A DNA stretch of 64,000 bases from the human T2T-CHM13v2.0 reference genome, Homo sapiens, in the NCBI RefSeq assembly GCF_009914755.1, contig NC_060929.1, one strand, 5' to 3'. This document shows, one piece after another, positions 48,753 through 63,295 of the stretch. The notes under the pieces were generated by a model that did no database searches, was not told where the DNA came from, and worked only from the letters and a program-made list of their open reading frames with translations. How positions within the stretch are numbered: the first letter of the stretch is position 1; each line of letters begins with the position of its first letter. Position numbers and translations under genes: made by a program.

Positions 48753-51700
48753 TGAAGGGGAGGCTGGGTCTTCTTGAGGAAGGACACCACTACGCTACCG
48801 ACAATTTATGCCGTTAATCTTTCTCCCATCCTTCCCTAAGGCGACTTCCAGCCTTTTACCAGGGTAATTGTGTATTGGAAAAGGGAAATAATCAGACACT
48901 TTGAGGACTACTGGACACTAGCTATGAGCTGAAGTTGATTCCAGGGGACCCAAAACGTCATTGTGGTCCTCCAGTTAAAGTAGGGGCTTATGGAGGTCAG
49001 GTAATTAATGAAGTTTTAGCTCAGGTTTGACCTACTGTGGGTCCAGTGGGTTCCTGGACTCATCCTGTGGTCATTTCTCCAGTGCCCAGATGCATAATTG
49101 GCATAGACATACTTAGCAGCTGGCAGAACCCCCACATTGGCTCCCTGACTGGTAGGGTGATGGTTATTATGACAGGATAGGCCAAATGGAAGCCATTAGA
49201 GCTGTCTCTACCTAGAAAAATAGTAAATCAAAAACAATATTCATCCCTGGAGGGATTGAGGAGATTAGTACCACCATCAAAGACTTGAAAGACACAGGGG
49301 TGGTTACTCCCACCACATCCCCTGTTCAACTCTTCCATTTGGCCTGTGCAGAAGACAGATGGATCTTGGAGAATGACAGTGGATTACTGTAAGCTTAACA
49401 AAGTGGTGACTTCAGTTGCAGCTGCTGTACCAGATGTGGTTTATTGCTTAAGAAAATTAACCCATCTTCTGGGACCTGGTATGCAGCCATTGACTTGGCA
49501 AAAGCCTTTTTCTCCATTCCTGTCCTTAAGGCCCACCAGAAGAAATTTGCCTTCGGCTGGCAAGGCCAGCAGTATACTTTTACTGTCCTATCTCAGTGAT
49601 ATATCAACTCTCTGGCTTTGCGTCGTAATATCATTTGGAGGGAACTTGATCACTGTTTGCTTCTGCAAAATATCACACTGGTCCATTACATTGATGGCAT
49701 TATGCTGATTGCATCCAGTGAGCATGAAATAGCAAACACACTGGACTTATTGGTGAGACATTTGCATGCCAGAGTATAGGAAATAAATCTGACTAAAATT
49801 CATGGTCCTTCTACCTCACTAAAATTTCTAGGGGTCGAATGATGTGGGGCCAGTCAAGATGTTTCTTCTAAGGTGAAGGTTAAGTTACTGCATTTGGGGC
49901 CTCCTACAACCAAGAAAGACGCACAATGCCTAGTAGTCCTATTTGGATTTTGGAGGCTACACATTCATGATTTGGTGTGTTTCTCCAGTCCATTTATTGA
50001 GTGACTCAAAATGCTGCTGGTTTCTAGTGGGGTCCAGAACAGGAAAAGGCTCTGCAACTAGTCCAGGCTGCTGTGCAAGCTGCTCTGCCACTTGGGTCAT
50101 ATGACCCAGCAGATCCAATGGTGCTTGAGGTGTCAGTGGCAGATAGGGATGCTGTTTGCAGCCTTTGGCAGGCTCCCATAGGTGAATCACAGTGGGTGCC
50201 TCTAGGATTTTGGAGCAAGGCCCTGCTATCTTCTGCAGATAAATATTCTCCTTTTGAGAGACAGCTCTTGGCCTGTTAGTGGGCTTTAGTGGAAACTGAA
50301 CTTTTGACTATGGGGCATCAAGTCATCATGTGACCTGAACTGCCTATCATGAACTGGGTGCTTTCTGACCCATGTAGCCATAAAGTGGGTCGTGCACAGC
50401 AGCATTCCATCATCAAATGGAAGTGGTATATATGTGATCGGGCTCGAGCAAGTCCTGAAGGCACAAGTAAGTTACATGAGGAAGTGGCCCAAATGCCCAT
50501 GGTCTCCACTCCTGCCACCCTGCCTTCTCTCCCCAAGCCTGCACTGATGGCCTTATGGAGAGTTCCCTATGATCAGTTGACAGAGGAAGAGAAGACTAGG
50601 GACTGGTTCACAGATGGTTCTGCAGGATATGCAGGCACCACCTGAAAGTGGACAGCTGCAGCACTACAGCACCTTTCTAGGACATCCATGAAGGACACGG
50701 TGAAGGGAAATCTTCCCAGTGGACATCACTTTGAGCAATGCACTTGGATGTGCATTCTGCATGGATGGAGAAATGGCCAGATACGTGATTATATACTGAT
50801 TCATGGGCTATAGCCAATTGCTTGGCTGGATGATCAGGAACTTGAAAGACGTATGATTGGAAAATTGGTAACAAAGAAATTTGGGGAAGAGGTGTGTGGA
50901 TGGATCTCTCTGAGTGTTCAAAAACTGTGACAATATTTGTATTACATGTGAGTGCTCACCAACGGATGATGTCAACAGAGGAGGATTCTAATAATCAAGT
51001 GGATAGGATGACCCACTCTGCGGACACCACTCGGCTGATTTCCCCAGTCATCCCTGTCATCGCCCAGTGGATCCATGAACAAAGGGCCATGGTGGCAGGG
51101 ATGGAGGTTACACATGGGCTCAGTAACATGTACTTCCACTCACCAAGGCTGACCTGGCTACAGCCACTGCTGAGTGACCAATTTGCCAGCAGCAGAGACC
51201 AACACTGAGCCCTCGATATGGCACCATTCCTTGGAGTGATAAGCCAGCTACCTGGTGACAGGTTGATTATATTGGACTTCTTCCGTCATGAAAAGGGCAG
51301 AGGTTTGTCCTCACTGGAATAGGCACTTACTCAGATATGGGTTTGCCTATTCTGCACACAATGCTTCTGCCAAGACTACCATCTGTGGACTCACAGGATG
51401 CCTTATCCACTGTCATGGCGTTCTACACAGCACTGCCTCTGACCAAGGCACTCACTTTACGGCTAAAGAAGTGTGGCAGTGGGCTCACGCTTATGGAATT
51501 CACTGGTCTTACCAGGTTCCCCATCATCCTAAAGCAGCTGGATAGAACAGTGGAATGGCCTTTTGAAGTCACAATTCCAAGGCCAACTAAGTGACAATAC
51601 TTTGCAGGGCTGGAGCAAAGTTTTTCAGAAGGCTGTGTGTGCTCTGGGGCAAAGTTCTCCAGAAGGCTGTGTATCCTCCATCCTTGCCACCATGGACCTT

Positions 51701-51990
51701 TGTTCATGGGTCCATTGGGCGATGACAGGGGTGGCTGGGGAGTGGCTGAGTGGTGTCCACAGAATGGGTCATCCTATCCACTTGATCATTAAAATCCTCC
51801 TCTGGTGAGGTCATCTGTTGGTGAGTGTCCAATATATGGTGCTGTTTCTCCCATAGCAAGGATTCACAGGTCCAGGAATCAAGGGGTGGAAGTGGAAGTG
51901 GCACCACTCACCATCAACCCTAGTTATCCAGTAGCAAAATTTTTACTTCCTGTTCCCATGACATTATGTTCTGCTGGCCTAGAGGTCTTA
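48753..51990 (+). pseudogene. pol: HERV-L pro-pol remnant (protease, RT, RNase H, integrase), disrupted
   Basis: Protease LLDTS (about 48908; normally DTG), RT QKTDGSWRMTVDY and VHYIDG (49681; normally YIDD), RNase H WFTDGSA, integrase SDQGTHFTA. Confidence 0.92.
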
Positions 51991-52410
51991 GTTCCAGAGG
52001 GATGAAAGCTGCCAGCAGGAGACGCAACAATAATTCCATTAAACTAGAAGTTAAGATTGCCGCCTGGACACTTTGGACTCCTCCTAACTTTAAGTCAACA
52101 GGCTAAGAAGGGAGTTACAGTGCTGGCTGGGGTGATTGACCCAGACTATCAAGATGAAATCAGTCTACTACTCCACAACAGAGGTAAGGCAGTGTATGCA
52201 TGGAATACAGGAGATCCATTACGGCATCTCTTAGTATTAACATACTCTATGATTAAGGTTAAAGGGAAGCTACAACAGCCCAATCCAGGCAGGACTACAA
52301 GTGACCCAGACCCTTCAGGAATAAAGGTTTGGGTCACTCCACCAATTAAAAAAAAAAAAAAAACACAACCTGCTGAGCTGCTTGCTGAAGGCAAAGGGAA
52401 TAAAGAATGA
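51990..52410 (+). pseudogene. HERV-L dUTPase remnant
   Basis: PPGHFGLL...GVTVLAGVIDPDYQDEI lies after integrase, the ERV-L hallmark position; upstream in-frame stops. Confidence 0.88.
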
Positions 52411-52785
52411 GTAGTAGAAGAAGGTAGTCATCAATACCATCTACCATCACGGGACCAGCTGCGGAAATGAGGACTGTGATTGTCATGAGTACTTCCTCCT
52501 TCTTTTGTTAAATGCATGTTTGTGCATGTACACCTTGTACTAAGAAAATATCTTCATTTTATTTCCTTTTCCTTTATTTGACTTAAGATTTATTGACTTC
52601 ACATCAGAATTTAAGTATTGTTAACTGCATATAATCATATTTCGGTTGAGGATTGGTGCATTTCTGGTTGTACGAAGGATGGTTGTATTATGTTAGGCTT
52701 TATTATGACCTTATTATTGCTTTACTTGAAGATTATGTGTGATCTCAGGGGATGTGTATGGGTTCAAGTTGACAAGGGGTGGACT

Positions 52786-53205
52786 TGTGATGGTTAATAC
52801 TGAGTGTCAACTTGATTGGATTGAAGCGTACAAAGTAATGATCCTGGGTGTGTCTATGAGGGTGTTGCCAGAAAAGATTACCATTTGAGTCAGTGGGCAG
52901 GGAAAGGTAGATCCACCCTTAATCTTGTTGGGCACAATCTAATCAGCTGCCAGAGAAGCTAGAATATTAAGCAGGCAGAAAAATGTGAAAAGAGAGACTG
53001 GCCTAGCCTCCCAGCCTACATCTTTCTCCTGTGCTGGATGCTTCCTGCCCTCAAACATCGGACTCCAAGCTCTCCATTTTTGGAACTCTAACTGGATCTC
53101 CTTGCTCCTCAGCCTGCAGAGCCTGCAGATGGCCTATTGTGGGAACCTGTGACTTGTGATCGTGTGAGTTAATACTTATTAAACCCCCTTTATATATATA
53201 TATAT

Positions 53206-53253
<48 letters not shown>

Positions 53254-53361
53254 ATATATATATGTATATATATATGTATGTGTGTGTGTATATATATATA
53301 TATGTGTATATATATATCCATTCCATTAGTTCTGTTCCTTTAGAGAACCCTGAGTAATAAA
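52786..53361 (+). mobile_element. MLT2A 3' LTR with expanded (TA)/(TG) microsatellite (about 53190-53318)
   Basis: Follows polypurine tract gacaaggggtggact; tgtgatggttaatactgag...agaaccctgagtaataaa. Confidence 0.95.
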
Positions 53362-54826
53362 CTAGGGATTACAATTTGACATGATATTTGATGGGGACAC
53401 AGATCCACACCACATCAGGAACCATTACACACACATTAGAATAGCTTAAATTAAAAACCCTAACCATAGCAACTTTTGGTGAATATATGAAGGACAGGAA
53501 CTCTCACACACTGCTGATGGAATGTAAAATGTAAATTGGCTTTAGAAAGCAGTTTGGCAGTTTGCTAGAAAATCAACCATACACTTTAAAGATAACAAGC
53601 ACTTTCATTCCTAGAAAAGAGAGAGAGAAGGGGGAAATAAAAGGCATGTCTACACGATGTCCACTATGTGAATGTTCATGGCAGCTTTAATTGTAATAAT
53701 CAAAAGCCAGAGACAATTCGAACCTATACACCTCAGATGACTGGATACACAAACCCCGTACATCCACACAATGAAATACTAATCAGCATTAAACCAATCA
53801 TGTATCACTGATATGTATTAAAACATGAAAGAAATTCAACAAAAATGCTGAGAGAAAGAAGCTAGAGAAACAAGTATGAATATTGCATGATTCCATCTCT
53901 AATAATAACAAATTATAGAAAAACAAATGGATCTAAAGTGACAGAACATCAATAGTTTCCTGGCGTCCAGAGATGGGTATGGGTAAAGAAGGGAGAGGAC
54001 AGGATTAGAAAAGGGCCTGAGAAATTATTTTGTGGATTTGGGCTGTGTTCAGATTCTTCACTATGATGACATTTCACAAAGGTCTACATATACCAAATCT
54101 CATGAAATTGTATATTGTGAGAATGTGAAGTTTATTATATGTTGAGTATACCTCAATGCAGTTTTCACTGATAAATAAAGAAGCAAGGGAAGGTGAAACG
54201 ACTATCTTTTGGGTGCTTTTAGGTGCTTTAACATCAGCATTTCACCTACTCTCTATAGGATTATACAGCAAGTGTTACTTTCTCCATTTTTCTTCCAAAT
54301 ACGTACAATGAAGATTAGAAAGAATAGGTATGAGATGTTATAGAAGAAATGGGAAGAAACTGTATTTGTACTTATAACACCATTATGACAAAATATATCT
54401 CAATAATTATACCGAAACCCCCGCTAATTAAAAACTTGAAGTTCCTATGCACACTTCAAATCTGGAATTCCAAAAAATTCTACTTGGAGGTTAATAAAGA
54501 CAATGTAAAGAATTAAAAGTTCTTTCTGTACTTTCAATTTTAAAAACACCCCCCCCCCCATTAGTTTGTAGGGAAAAAGAGAGTGGGAGAAGTGTAAAAG
54601 GAGAAAAAAAATAGAATTGGTGCACAGGCAAAGGAAGCTCAATTTCTGCTGTAGGATTGGAATTCAATCCTCCCAAAGTGTGAGGCTTCTCCTAATGGAG
54701 TATGCTGCTGGTTACTAACTTCTAGTCATGTCTGTGTTTCTGCAACTGTTTCTAACGTTCTTTCCTTGATGAAGTTCCCAAACCTGTTTTATCATTTTGA
54801 ATCTTCACACTCACTCTTCTGTCTCA

Positions 54827-55180
<354 letters not shown>

Positions 55181-55564
55181 ACCATATGGTTTGAGGAGGA
55201 GGCATATTTAAAATCTGGTCTCCAATTTGTAGCTGGCCTTTAATACACTCTGGTTTATTATGGGCTTTTTCACCCATGTAAGGTATAGGAAAACTTGGAT
55301 TTTCCAATTCATTAAGACTTCATACTTTTTACTCTATTTTCTGCCATTTATCCTTGGCAATCTGGTCAGTTATCACACTAACACTTTGATTTCCAGCACT
55401 TTCCCTGGAGATGCCACCTCAGTCCATGATTGGCTGTTTTGCACGATATGAATCAACATCTTTTCAGCTCAGATATGTCCCTATTCAGTGTCTACTACAC
55501 AACTATGAAGTCAAGTTTATAAGTCTTAGGTTTTATTTCATTAGCATTCTCCTTTTAGGTAGAA

Positions 55565-55990
55565 GTATTAGTCAGGGTAAGTAATGCTAGATCCTATAAC
55601 AAACACATCTCACATATTACCAGCTGACCATAGAGAAGGTGTTTGTCCCATGTCACCAGTCATCAGGGTTAATGCTGGTGAAGATGAAGGGTGGGACGTT
55701 CTCCACACTGTCTTGACTGTCTTGTCAGAATCCACTCTGGAAGAGCCTGAGACAGCTTCAAAGGGTGTGTACCAGTGTTCCTCTAGGCCTCAACATTGAC
55801 ACAGCACCAGGAGATGAGAGACCAGCCAGAGAAGAAACCTCCTCTCCTAATGGCTTTGTGCCAGAAATGACATTCACGTTCATCTCTCTTGGTGAGCCCT
55901 TGTCCCCCACCTCTAGAAGCAAAGTAGCTGAGAAATGAGATTGAGTTGGGTTTGGAAGAGGAAGTGATTCAGTGAACATCTACCCAGCTG
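55565..55990 (-). mobile_element. Old MLT1 (J/K-like) LTR
   Basis: tattagtcagggtaag...tataacaaac start and ccagaaatgacattcac...gctgagaaatg. Confidence 0.55.
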
Positions 55991-56014
55991 ATGGCACAAC
56001 TACACTGGCCTAAG

Positions 56015-56800
56015 ACTGCCAGTAGTATCCAAATGATCTCTCTGCTTCCCCTCATGTCCTCTGAAGTTGATTTTGTACATGGCAGCCCCTTTTCCCTCTC
56101 TGCTGGCCACCTCATCTCTTACTCTCCTCTCTCTCACTCTCCTCCCATTCTCCTCCTCTCTCCTCCTGCTGAGTCAGCTCTCACCTCTGGGTCTTTGCAC
56201 TTGCTGCATCCTCTGTCGAGGCATCTCTTCCTTTACATATAAACAAGGTTCATTTCTCATTTCCTCCAGGTATTATATTAATGTCATCTCATCAGAGATG
56301 TGTGTCCTGACCACCCTTTGTAAAACAGTAACTGCCTCACATGGCAGTCACCTGTCTTTAGAAAACTGTCTTATACTCATCAAAGCACTTTTCACTCTTT
56401 GATGTGTTCAGTTGGACCTATATAGCTATGGATTCCCCATCCATGGACTCAGTCAACAGTGGATCAAAACTATTGGAACAAAAACATTCACAAACTTTCA
56501 AAAGGCCAGCCTTGAATACTACACCAAATCCATGTAAATGACATGATGTTCAGGCATTGTATTAGGTATCATAACTAATCTAGATATGATGTGAAGTATA
56601 AGGAGGATGTGCATAGGTTATATTCAAATACTACAAAATCTTTTATAACATACCTGAGCGTCAGTGGATTTTGTTATTTGTAGGGGGCCTTGCATCCAAT
56701 CTCCCATGGATACTAATGAAAGACTACGTTTATATTGTTGTTTGTTCCTTTTTTTGTTTGTTTACTCCACTAGAACATAAGACCCACGAAAGCAGAATCT
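56015..56800 (+). mobile_element. L2a 3' end, interrupted by Tigger3
   Basis: ggtctttgcacttgctg...aatgtcatctcatcagag...cctgaccacc, resuming as ccactagaacataagacccacgaaagcag. Confidence 0.75.
56409..56727. mobile_element. Tigger3-type non-autonomous DNA transposon (TcMar-Tigger)
   Basis: cagttggacc...catccatggactcagtcaacagtggatcaaaa and tattaggtatcataactaatctag...ggaggatgtgcataggttatat...cccatggatact. Confidence 0.82.
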
Positions 56801-56802
56801 AA

Positions 56803-57362
56803 ATATAGGTATAGACATTGACATAGATATAGGTATAGACATTGACATAGATATACCTATAGACATAGAATTATATTGACTGTGAATGTTTGATGTTGAT
56901 GCCAATATTAACAGTGATATCAATATATGGATATAAATAAATACATACACATAGATTACATACATATATCTAGATGCACCTGTGTATATCTATATCATTA
57001 TACATATAAACTAGATATAGTAATAGATATTGATGTCAATATTGATATATGGACTCACTATACACTTAATTGGATATAGATACAGATATGATATAGACAT
57101 CGTTAGCTATATCAATATAGGTATAAACAGAGATATTGATTAGATATAGTTGAAAATATAGATGTGGATATTAATATAGATGTTGATGTTAATGTCAAGA
57201 TAGATAAATATAGATTCTGTTGTCAATATTGATATTGATAGATAGGCATAGACAAGGACATAGATACAGATTCTATATAAATGTAGGTACTAATATCTAT
57301 ACATTAATAGAGAGATATAAATACGGACATAGGCATACACACATATTTCTCTATGTCTATAT
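56803..57362. repeat. Degenerate (ATAG/ATAT)-rich tract beginning with a 24-bp tandem unit
   Basis: ataggtatagacattgacatagat occurs twice, followed by decayed hexamer-like units. Confidence 0.8.
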
Positions 57363-57678
57363 TAGCATTTTCCAGGCCAGTGTATAGGTATTTAGGCCCC
57401 ACAGGAAGATCCCAGTTGGAAAATTATAGAATTTACCTTCCTATTCCTAACCCCATCTTGAAAGGTAGTAGCTCATTTTTCTAAATCTCCCTTGTTCCCC
57501 TGGCATAGATGTTGCGTATGTGTAGATAGCCATGAATAATCCCACTTTTTCCCTGCTCTCTTCTCAATAATAAAAAGATGTGATAGTGGCAGGCAGCCTG
57601 TCCTTCCTCCATAATTATTCCATTAAATTATTTATTTGTGTAGATTCAGTGAGATGATGCACTTAAAACTGTTAGCAT

Positions 57679-58619
<941 letters not shown>

Positions 58620-60029
58620 AAAACTGTTAGCATTGAGCACCAAGTAAGTGCTCAGTAAATAGAAAGTGAGAATGTATTTCTCACTCCCACTGATTTCTGA
58701 TCATTGCATTAACGTTTCTAAGGCTGCATATTAGGAGATTAAGAACCTAAGTAAGACTGAGAAGTAGAGAAACTCTTCCGTTCTTAATCTGATGACTGCA
58801 ACATCTCAGTTCCTACAGGAATGTAAAACCTACTGGGCCTTGGATAGTCTTTGAGAGTCAAAATGAACAAGTTCAAACCCTCTTTCTTATTCTTACCTAT
58901 TAATCTCCTTCCTTGAAATGTATTGAGGAGTCACATTTGTATTACACACCCAGGTTAAAACAATTCCTTTAGGAATTTAAAGGGAAGGGTGCAATGAGGC
59001 TGGACCTGATTGACACACATAATGGACATGGCTAGAGCCCAAACTGGAGGAAGCGAGGGATGATCAAGACCCTTTTCAGAAAGTTGGTGTTAAAGAGAGA
59101 GAGAGAGAGAAGTTACACATCAAGGCACAAGCCCAAGGCCACACTGATTCAGTCTAGAAAATTATTGTAATTACATATTTAAAATGCATTACACAAGAGC
59201 TCACCAATATGTGTACACACACACTACTGAACACTGTAGATCCTAGAAAATAGGGGTTTGCCATTATCCTATGAATTTCTTGAAAGCAGAAGATATCTTG
59301 CACCTATTTCTGGAAACTCAGTAGCTACACAAACAGACACATGAAAGAGGCATTAAAGAAAGAGACTTGCCAGAATATTTACACCTGCAGAGGCAATAGG
59401 CTCACCATGCACTCATTCCCAAAAATCAATATTTGCAAATTGCAGGAACTTATAAATACAGAAATATTGTTGTTGGTAAAGACACTGCTCTCAAAATGTC
59501 TACGTTTTGAATAAAACAAATTTTCTAGGCGACAATTAGAAAAGTCAGCAAAAGAAAAAAGTGAAATGTCTAAGGGAAACTATGAAAATAAAATTTCATT
59601 TTCAACACAATCCCTTTTAAGTGTCTCCATGTTTGATGTTAGTAACAGCATTGAGGTCTATTGCTTGCAAATTCTTTAACATTAAAATACTGTACACATC
59701 TAATTTTTCATGACATGTACTCTTCTTTGTGTGTACTAGGAAATGTCAGCTGCTGTAACAGGCTAGCTTATTATCAGCTTTTGGAAGAGAGCTGCCTTTT
59801 AAACATTTTCACACTGCTTGTATTTTTAGTTAAACAATAAGCAATAGGGCAAGAAGTGAGATATATGCTTATTTATTTTCTTACATACTTTACATTGCTA
59901 CCTTGATTTTACTTTCATTCATTCTTCACTATGGTGATATTAACCAGATTCCTAAATGTCTACATGTAAACAGTCTCTTAAGTTTTTCCAAGCACTTTGA
60001 TACAGTTTAATAAATTGTAAGAATAGGAG

Positions 60030-60150
60030 GGAAGTTATTCCATCATTTTTAAAGATGATAAATCAGAAGCTATAAAACATTGGCTGTTTTGTCTAAATTG
60101 ATGTAGCTGAGAACAGAAAATCTAAAGATTCAGATTTTGAGACCCCAAAC
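60030..60150 (-). mobile_element. MIR fragment
   Basis: ttattccatcatttttaaagatgataaatcagaagct resembles the reverse-strand MIR core. Confidence 0.5.
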
Positions 60151-60271
60151 ACCTTGAAATTTCTAAGGGTTTATGCTATTAATATAACATCTTCTTCCTT
60201 CTCCTCTTTTTCCCTTTAAAATTCTATTTTTTTAACAATTTGATTGTATAAGAGTTTATTTCCATTAGAGA

Positions 60272-60592
60272 AAAATCTGTTTGTTCCTCCAAATTTTTAC
60301 GTTGAAACCTAATCCCCAATAAAACAGTATCAACAGCTGGAGATTTTGGAAGGTGAATGAGATTAGCATTCTTATAAAAGAGGCCCCAGAGAGCTCCTCT
60401 GTCCTTTTCACCATGTAAAGACACAGAGAAAAGGCACCATTTTTGAAGCAAAGAGCAGCCCTCCCAGACACTGAATCTACCGGTGCCTTGATCTTGGACT
60501 TCCCAGCCTCCAGAACTGAAGAAATGCAATTCTTCTGTTTAGAAATTACCCAGTCTAAGGTATTTCATTACAGCAGCCCAAAAGGTCTGCTC
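60272..60592 (+). mobile_element. MLT1A/MSTD LTR
   Basis: gttgaaacctaatcccca...ttataaaagaggccccagagagc...ccttgatcttggacttcccagcctccagaactg. Confidence 0.85.
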
Positions 60593-62513
60593 CAATTAGA
60601 AATAAGAAATGGAACTAACATACTATAATTAGTGTATAGACTTAAATAAAATAGACTAGCAATGAAGGAATAGAGGCATAAATATTAACAATTAGGCCAT
60701 TTTTTTTACACAGCTGAACTGAAGTCTCTGAGGTTTGTGATAGTACTATATGAAGAATAATACCTGCTTAATTTATTTTCTTATTTTATGTAGCAGTGAC
60801 CAGTTAGGAAAAGATGACAAGACTTACAGTTTTTCAAGCTCATATACTGAGACAACAACATCCAAATAGGCTTTGAAATATTATATTTTGGTATTATTAC
60901 TAATATTACTTATAAATCACAACTATAGGAAACATTTTAAAAATTGGGAAATAGTATTAACTTTGCGGGTAACACATCATAATAAAATTCTCAAATACTA
61001 TGATTCTGAATGTTCTGAATGCTAAGACGTATTTGCACAGCCTTCGCATCGTGCACTAAGAGACCAAGGGGCATTCTTCCCGCGTGGAACACAGACCAAC
61101 CCAGAAACTATTTTCCTTCTTCCTTTCCTTTTAGCAGAGAGATTTGCATATTTGTGCATCTGCCTGCAGTGAATCAAACATGGAGCACCTAGTGAGCATC
61201 CTAGTGAGGCTATGCTGACGAGAAGATTACCTGCAAGCAAAAATGCTTTTGAGATGTGGTTTTAAGTAAGCACATGGTTATCTGTTTTAACTTCCAAGAA
61301 ATATTTGCTTTTTTTTTTCCTTCTTAACACCGAAAGGGCTCAAGCCACATCTGTATGATTGTATTTCTGAACAAGTTGTGCTTGTTCTACCAAGGATATA
61401 CCAATAATTCAAGGTAATCAGCAGAGTGCATTACAGGAAGAAATCTGAACCAACAACCTGTACAAACAGAATAGCAATCAGAAGATTTAATGCATTTCTG
61501 ATGTACATTTAAGGCCCTGACACTGGGCCACAGATGTACATGTGTTGTGTTTTATATTGCTGAGATATGGCCTGTGAGAACCTATTATAGCATATCATCA
61601 TCCACACTGGAGGGGTTGGGGAGGGAAAAATTCCATCACACATTACTCCTGCGGATGTATTAGAGAAACAAATTGTACTCAGAATTGAAAAGTCACAGGC
61701 TTATTCTGTCTTAATAAATTCCTGCCAAAAGGCTAAGTGTAAGACTAGAAATACTTCCTAAATGTTGTTACTGTATTATCATCTTTGACATCTCAAGAGC
61801 TGTTCCAAGCATCATCAGATATCAGTTCAGGGTTCTCACAATAAAATCTTTTTCTTTTTTTTCCAACCAGTCCTTGATTTCATGTAGTCATTTTGAGTTG
61901 CCTTTGCTTGAGATATAAACATCCCTTTGGCTAAAATGAAAGTGTTATTTTAAATAAGATGTTTGTCACTGAGCCATTCCCATTGGTTAATATAGATAAC
62001 TATTCAAAATTCAAGGTGTTAATCCTTAACTAAAGTTTTCTATCAAAAATTTTGAGGGTTTTTGTGATCCTTCAAAATAGATTTAAAACACAAAAGTAAA
62101 AGAGCACACTCTGATCTTTTTGAAGGCAGATTCTGGGTTCTAATTATATTTATGGCTACTGCATGATGTTTGATCAATATCTGTCAAATAAATAAATAAA
62201 GGATTATATGATTAAGTGCAATGATGACACATTAAAATATCCTAATGATATTAGCCTAGTTAGCATTTTATAAACCAAGACACCTAATATCTATTTTGTC
62301 AAACTAGGTTTACAGCTTAAACTGTTTCTTTTATCTTATTAGCCTACTAAGACTTCATCTCTTAAGAGTAGATTTTTTAATCTTGTTATTTCAGCATGAT
62401 ATATATTAAGATTTGGCTTTATTCTAAAATGAAAAATAAAATGACTCTCCAACACCCAAAGAGAAAAATGGTTCTCCAATCTATAGGTTTCTAACTTGTT
62501 GTAGAATTGTATA

Positions 62514-62982
62514 TTGTGGGGTATCCATTACTCTGTAAAAATTACCCCAAAATGTAGAGGCCCTGAAACAACAAATATTTCTTATCACACAGTTTCTGTG
62601 TGTCTAGAAACTGCTATAGCTTATTTGGGTTTCCAGCTCAGAGCCTTACATGAAGTTGTAGTCAAGCCGCCATTTGGGACTGCAGGCTTCTCCGGGCCCT
62701 ACTGGGACTGATCATCCACATCCACACCTACCACAGGCCGTCTGCATGTTCTCACAGTGTGCAACAGCTGAGCCAAGACACAGCTCCAGAGACAACTTAA
62801 GATGGAAACCATAGTCTTTTCATATTCTGATTTGGGGAGGGACATCCCATCACTTCCGTCACGTCTGTTCCTAAGAAGAGACTCAATAAGATGATCACAC
62901 ATTTAAATGGACATGATGATGCCAGAGGATGAAGACACTAGGTGGAGATCACTGGGAGCCATTGGAGGGGACATCTGTCATA
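62514..62982 (-). mobile_element. MLT1F-like LTR
   Basis: aattaccccaaaatgtag...tatcacacagtttctgtg...catcccatcacttccgtcac...gatcactgggagccatt. Confidence 0.75.
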
Positions 62983-63072
62983 AAGAGGGTCAAGAATAAA
63001 TGCCATTTGCAAGAAACAAATTGCATTATAAGAGGTTTTGTAATATTTGAAGATATGTTGAATAGTGAAATT

Positions 63073-63295
<223 letters not shown>

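Larger units (their letters stand above)
46501..53361 (+). mobile_element. Full-length degenerate HERV-L provirus (MLT2A LTRs; gag-pro-pol-dUTPase, no env)
   Basis: Two homologous LTRs, PBS, polypurine tract, 5-bp TSD CTAGG (46496-46500 and 53362-53366), and recognisable ERV-L protein motifs. Confidence 0.97.
46132..53417 (-). mobile_element. MSTA/B solo LTR split by HERV-L (parts 46132-46500 and 53362-53417)
   Basis: tatattagtttgctcttgcaccgctataaagaactacc...cacctccaacactagg, resuming as ctagggattacaatttgacatga...accacatca. Confidence 0.9.
43745..54165 (+). mobile_element. Ancient L1M with internal deletions; host of Alu, MST LTR and HERV-L (L1 parts about 43745-46131 and 53418-54165)
   Basis: 5' text resembles that at 15780. 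The ORF2 end aattaaaaacacaacaagg (46110) resumes as accattacacacacattagaatagc (53420); the 3' end is near tacctcaatgcag (54150). Confidence 0.75.

Noticed and set aside
47069-52410. Domesticated or intact ERV-L gag/pol/dUTPase gene
   Set aside because: Many stops and frameshifts, longest sense fragments only about 120 aa, and mutated catalytic motifs.
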